Source: Eledone cirrhosa (Eukaryota). From it: a stretch of 64,000 bases of DNA. Both the position numbers and the translations under genes were made by a program. The stretch covers positions 153,698,001 through 153,762,000 of the forward strand of contig OZ024743.1 in NCBI GenBank assembly GCA_964016885.1. The letters are read 5' to 3'. The first letter of the stretch is position 1, and each line of letters opens with the position of its first letter. Positions 59,139 to 64,000 of this stretch are shown one piece after another. A model generated the notes under the pieces. That model was not told the origin of the DNA and ran no database searches. It saw only the letters and a list, made by a program, of their open reading frames with translations.

Positions 59139-61607
59139 CATCACCATCATCATCATCAACGTTTAACGTCCGTGTTCCACGCTTGCATGGGTTTGGACGG
59201 AGGTTTTCCCACTTGAGGTAAGAGTGATTGTCTTGCTCGCATAGGACTGTCTGGCGGGTTTTCTACAGCTGGATGCCCTTCCTAACACCAACCACATTTA
59301 CAGTGTGGGGCTGGGAGGTTTTTACCGTGTTGCCTACACGGCCACATTACAGCGTGGACTGTCTGGCGGGTTTTCTACAGCTGGATGCCCTTCCTAACAC
59401 CAACCACATTTACAATGAGGGGCTGGGAGGTTTTTACCGTGTTGCCTACACGGCCACATTACAGCGTGGACTGTGTGTTTTTTGTCATGACACCTACACA
59501 ATCTCATTTGTTTTGGCCTGGATGTTGTGACACCAACATAACTTTACATTGAAAGGGGTGGTGTGGATGGGGTGGGGGTGGTGGGACGGGGGTGTATTTT
59601 ATTAGAGATGCCTACTGACTGTAGTAGGTTTTACTTTGTATTTAGGTAAGGCGGGTCTTCTCTATTACTGAGTACCGCCAAAGGTCTTGGTCCAGTGACA
59701 TTGTCTTGGAGAGGTGTAAGTGTGTGAGGTCGGAATTTACCAGCTCATCCCAGGTTTTTTCTGGGTCTGCCTACTCGGTAGCTACCGTCTATTTTTATTG
59801 CCCTGCACTTTGTTATACAGCTGTCGTCTTTCATGCGCATCACGTGACCATACCAACGTAGCCTTCTCTCGAGTAAACAACATCTGATCCCTCTTATTTC
59901 TAATTTTTTCCTTAGTTCACTTATGCTTTGCCGTTCACGTATGTTACTATTACACATCCAGCGGAGCATGCAAGCTTCGTTCCTCTCAAGTCTGCGTATA
60001 TCCTCTGCACACAATGCCCAGGTCTCACTGCCATGCAACATTGCTGTTCGTATGCAGGCATCATACAACCTGCCTTTCATTTTTAGGGAGAACCCTTTAG
60101 TGGCTAATAGTGGTATAAGCTCTCTGAACTTTTTCCATCCAGTTCTGACTCTAGCTACTGTACTTTCAGAGCACCCTCCTCCACTGCTGATTTTGTCACC
60201 CAGGTAACGGAAGTTGTCCACTATTTCTATAGAACTCTGCGCAATTGAAAGAGCTAGTATTCTGTGGGCACTTGCTGCTACTTATTGCACCAGAGCACCG
60301 GCCACATGTAAAATCTATGTTCTTAGTTAGCTTACCTGTGATCCCACACATCTTTTATGCACCCATACTTTGCATTTGGGACATAAAATGGAGTTTCTAC
60401 CTACGCCTTTCCTACACACTGAGCATGGCCATTTCCCAGAAGGGACCGTAGCCTTATTTTCTTTCCTACAAACTAGAACTTTAGTCTTAGCCAGGTTAAT
60501 TTTAAGCCCTTTTGATTCTAGGCCATGCTTCCATGTTTGGAATTTATTCTCTAGCTCGGCCATTGATTCATCTATGAGCGTTAGATCATCTGCATATAGG
60601 AGTTCCCATGGGCAGCCGGTCTTGAACTCCACTGTTATAGCCTGAAGGGCAATAATAAATAGTAGGGGGCTAAGAACAGAGCCCTGATGTACACCAACTT
60701 TTACACTAAACTCTTCACTATATTCTTTGTTAATTCTAACCTTGCTGACTGTTTCTTTATACATGGCTTGTATAGCTCTCACAAGCCATTCGTCAACACC
60801 TAGTTTTCTAAGAGCCCACCAGATAATGGAACGGGGGACTCTGTCGAAGGCTTTCTCCAAGTCAACAAAAGCTAAGTATAGGGGTTTACTTTTAGCTAGG
60901 TACTTCTCCTGTAGTTGTCGTACAATGAAAAGAGCATCTGTGGTACTTTTGCCTGACACAAAACCGAACTGCATTTCATCTAGATCAATTCTCTCTCTGA
61001 TTAGTTGCGCTATAACTTTTTCCGTGACCTTCATGACCTCGTCGATTAATTTAATGCCTATATAGTTACTCCTATCTAGGGCATCTCCTTTACCCTTGTA
61101 ACAGTTAATGATGATGCTGCTACGCCAGTCCTTCGGAACAACCCCATTCTGTATGACTTGGTTTACTATCCGGGTGACCATGGTGTGTCCCACCTTTCCA
61201 GAGGCTTTCAGCATCTCAGCAACTATTTCCGAAGGCCCAGCCACCTTACCCATCTTCATATCTTTGATTGCCTTACTTATTATACTACCTTCGACTAACA
61301 CTGCCGGTCCCTCTATTGGGTCGATGTGGGGGAGACTGTCTTTCTCCCAGTTATTCTCCTCATTTAGAAGCCTTTCGTAGTGACACTTCCAAGCTACCTT
61401 CTTATCAGCGTCAGTGATGGCAAGTACACCATCATCATTAAGTACATACTTCTCCCCGACAATATCACGGTTTTCCTTGACACATTGCCTAGCAATCCTG
61501 AATACCTCACGTTTTTGGTCCTCATGTTGTAGAACATGCTTGAACTTTCTTTCCTCTGCTTCTCTTCTTGCGAAGTACACTTGTCTCATAGCTTCCCTCC
61601 TGGCCAC
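59139..61607 (-). mobile_element. 5'-truncated RTE LINE with 7-bp TSD TTAGAAT
   Basis: 426-aa RT ORF 60327-61607 (QFGF, FVDLEKAFD, HQGSVLSP, LYADDL), C-terminal ORF 59745-60221, and a (GAT)n tail. TTAGAAT lies at 59132-59138 and 61608-61614. Confidence 0.95.
59244..59474. repeat. 112-bp tandem duplication in the RTE 3'UTR
   Basis: GGACTGTCTGGCGGGTTTTCTACAGCTGGATGCCC... starts at 59244 and 59356; GGACTGT recurs at 59468. Confidence 0.9.
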
Positions 61608-62473
61608 TTAGAATACTTTTACAAAAGGATTATCTTACCCAGAGGGGGTCCCTGTGTGGGTAACTAAGTTTAATATACATATATATTGAATGTATGTATA
61701 AAAAGAAAAGTAGTGAATTATCTTCATATTTTATAATACAAGTTATCCTGAGTAGTGTTAGGGCCTCAACAAAATACATCCAGTGCATTCTGTAATGTAG
61801 AAGGCAATAGAACAGAGTCAATGTAGTGTTGCAAGGCTTCTTTGGTCTTGCTTATTATCAGCCTCATTGTCATCATGTTGACCACCACCTTCATTATCAT
61901 CATTAACATCATGACTATTCTTCTCATCATCATCACCATCACCTTCAGTATCACCATCATCTTCATCCTCATGATCACAAAAACGAAACATATATGCATA
62001 TATGTGCTTGAACATTGAAACCCCATACAATCATTGTAGGAAATAAAATTGAAAAAAACTAACAGTAAATTTAGCAATAGCTCCAGATTGACTTCAATTA
62101 TCTTCTTCCTGAAATGTTTGTGTGATAAATTTTAGAAAGTGTTTGTTATTGTCTAAACATCATTGTAATATATATTCATAGCACTGCCCCTGTCTTTCAA
62201 AATAATCAGAGTTGGACGTCTTCAGAATTCATAGAACTGTCTGGAATAATCTGTCATTATCAATATGTTTAACTGAGAGCAACATCCATACATCACATTC
62301 TTTCCCCTGACTCCGTCTGTGATATTTTATTCTCCTCCATTTCATTCTCTCATATACAAATATTTATCTATCTATTAGTCTGTCTATCTAATAGAAAAAA
62401 CTGCCAGCTAATTAACTAAAGGTACATGCACACATACACACATAATGCATACACATGTGTATATGTATATATG

Positions 62474-62525
<52 letters not shown>

Positions 62526-63889
62526 CAGACTCATACATATATATATATATATATACACACATTACACACACACACATACATATTATCATCATCATCATCT
62601 TCATTTTTAAAAGCAGGCGATAAACGATGATGATGATGATGATGATGATGATGGTGATGGTGATGATAAGTATGTGTGTGTAAGGCATAAACAATTTCAA
62701 TCAGATGAGAAAATTCAAGCAATTATCAGACAAAACTTCTTTTGTTGATTGACTTTCATTCTTTCATGGTTGATAAAACAAGGTACCAGTATAGGGTGGT
62801 AGATAGATAGAATTTTGAGAGCATTAGAGATGCCTCATGGTTATTTTTCTGGCAATTTGTATTTGGTGTTCAATTCCTGCTGTTGCTTATTTAGGTGGCC
62901 TGCTTAATCTGTTACTTGATTTAACTCCACCACTTAAATCATGAGTGCCTTTACCAGAGTTCATTCTGTTGCAAACATTTTAGCCAATTCCCTGAGTTGC
63001 AGATATCTTCCTGGGAGGCACTGAAATGGAGAATGAGCATTGCTCTTCCATTGCTGATTAAAACAGGGAGGAATACAAATACTAGTAGTGTTACTACATT
63101 CACATTTCTAAATATATATATATTGATTACTCTTAGTCATGCCAACTAAGTAGAATAATGCTTCATTGAGGTTTAATAAAACCAAAGCTTGCCTGCTGCA
63201 TTCACCAGTTGACATTAAAGCCAGATCTACCCCAATTTTCATTGCCTATAATGTTAAAAAATGTCAATCAATTGATCTTACATACTTTTCTTATTTAATT
63301 ATAAACACCCTTAGTAGAAGAATTTGTCTACTAATTGCTTGTATAGTCTCAGTTGACTGAATGTTTTAACTTATTACATTACATACGTGAAACAGTGCCA
63401 TATTTGTGTTTAGTTTACAGAACACTTGAAATATTCATAACTATGACAAATTTCATTTTTCTATCTCTGCATGTGTCTCTCCTCTATATCTTGCTATAAT
63501 GTATCTACATGTCTTACTGACTGCCTGTCTACTCTGTTTCTCATTAGATGTCTATCGCTATTTAATTCATACATTTTCCAAAGTTCCTATTACACTCTCT
63601 CTTTCTCTCTCTCTTAGACAGTGTGGATCTATGTTTCTCTATTATCTGACCTTCTTCATCCTGTTCTCACTAGATCTTCTAAAGTCATCAATCATTCTGA
63701 CAATCTCTCCTTCTCTCTTACTCTATCATTCAATACTGCAGATGTCGTATTCCTTAGCTCTCTGACGACTTCATCATCAATTATTCAGCCACTGCTTCAT
63801 TAGGCATGTGTAATTTAATATGCATAATAATGGTAATTTTTACCTTGCTTCAACAAGGTAAATGTGAAGTCTTAAAATGTTTTCTATTT

Positions 63890-63943
<54 letters not shown>

Positions 63944-64000
63944 GTACATATAGATGATGATGATGATGGTAATATATATATATATATAATGTTACAGAAT

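Noticed and set aside
61818-62030. Acidic D/E-rich ORF
   Set aside because: It is a degenerate (GAT)n repeat with no supported start or splice context.

Overview
AT-rich, microsatellite-rich animal genomic DNA made almost entirely of transposable elements; the SINE/RTE repertoire resembles octopus (inference). No host gene can be called with confidence. The main structure is a ~37 kb stack (7.8-44.5 kb) of about 20 non-LTR retroelement insertions, nearly all joined by (ATT)n microsatellite linkers. All 7 Tx1-clade (APE endonuclease) pieces lie on +, all 8 R4/Dong-like (RLE endonuclease) pieces lie on -, and a tRNA-derived SINE whose 3' end matches the Tx1 3' end follows the Tx1 polarity. The flanks hold Penelope-like remnants with a GIY-YIG fragment, fold-back pLTRs and hammerhead ribozyme motifs (2.7-7.1 kb). 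They also hold a Ty3/Gypsy element whose 3' LTR is replaced by an inverted U3 fold-back yet keeps a 4-bp TSD (47.1-51.6 kb), and several RTE LINEs. All element ORFs are disrupted or truncated. Coordinates were read by eye and are approximate, least precise at degenerate element ends.
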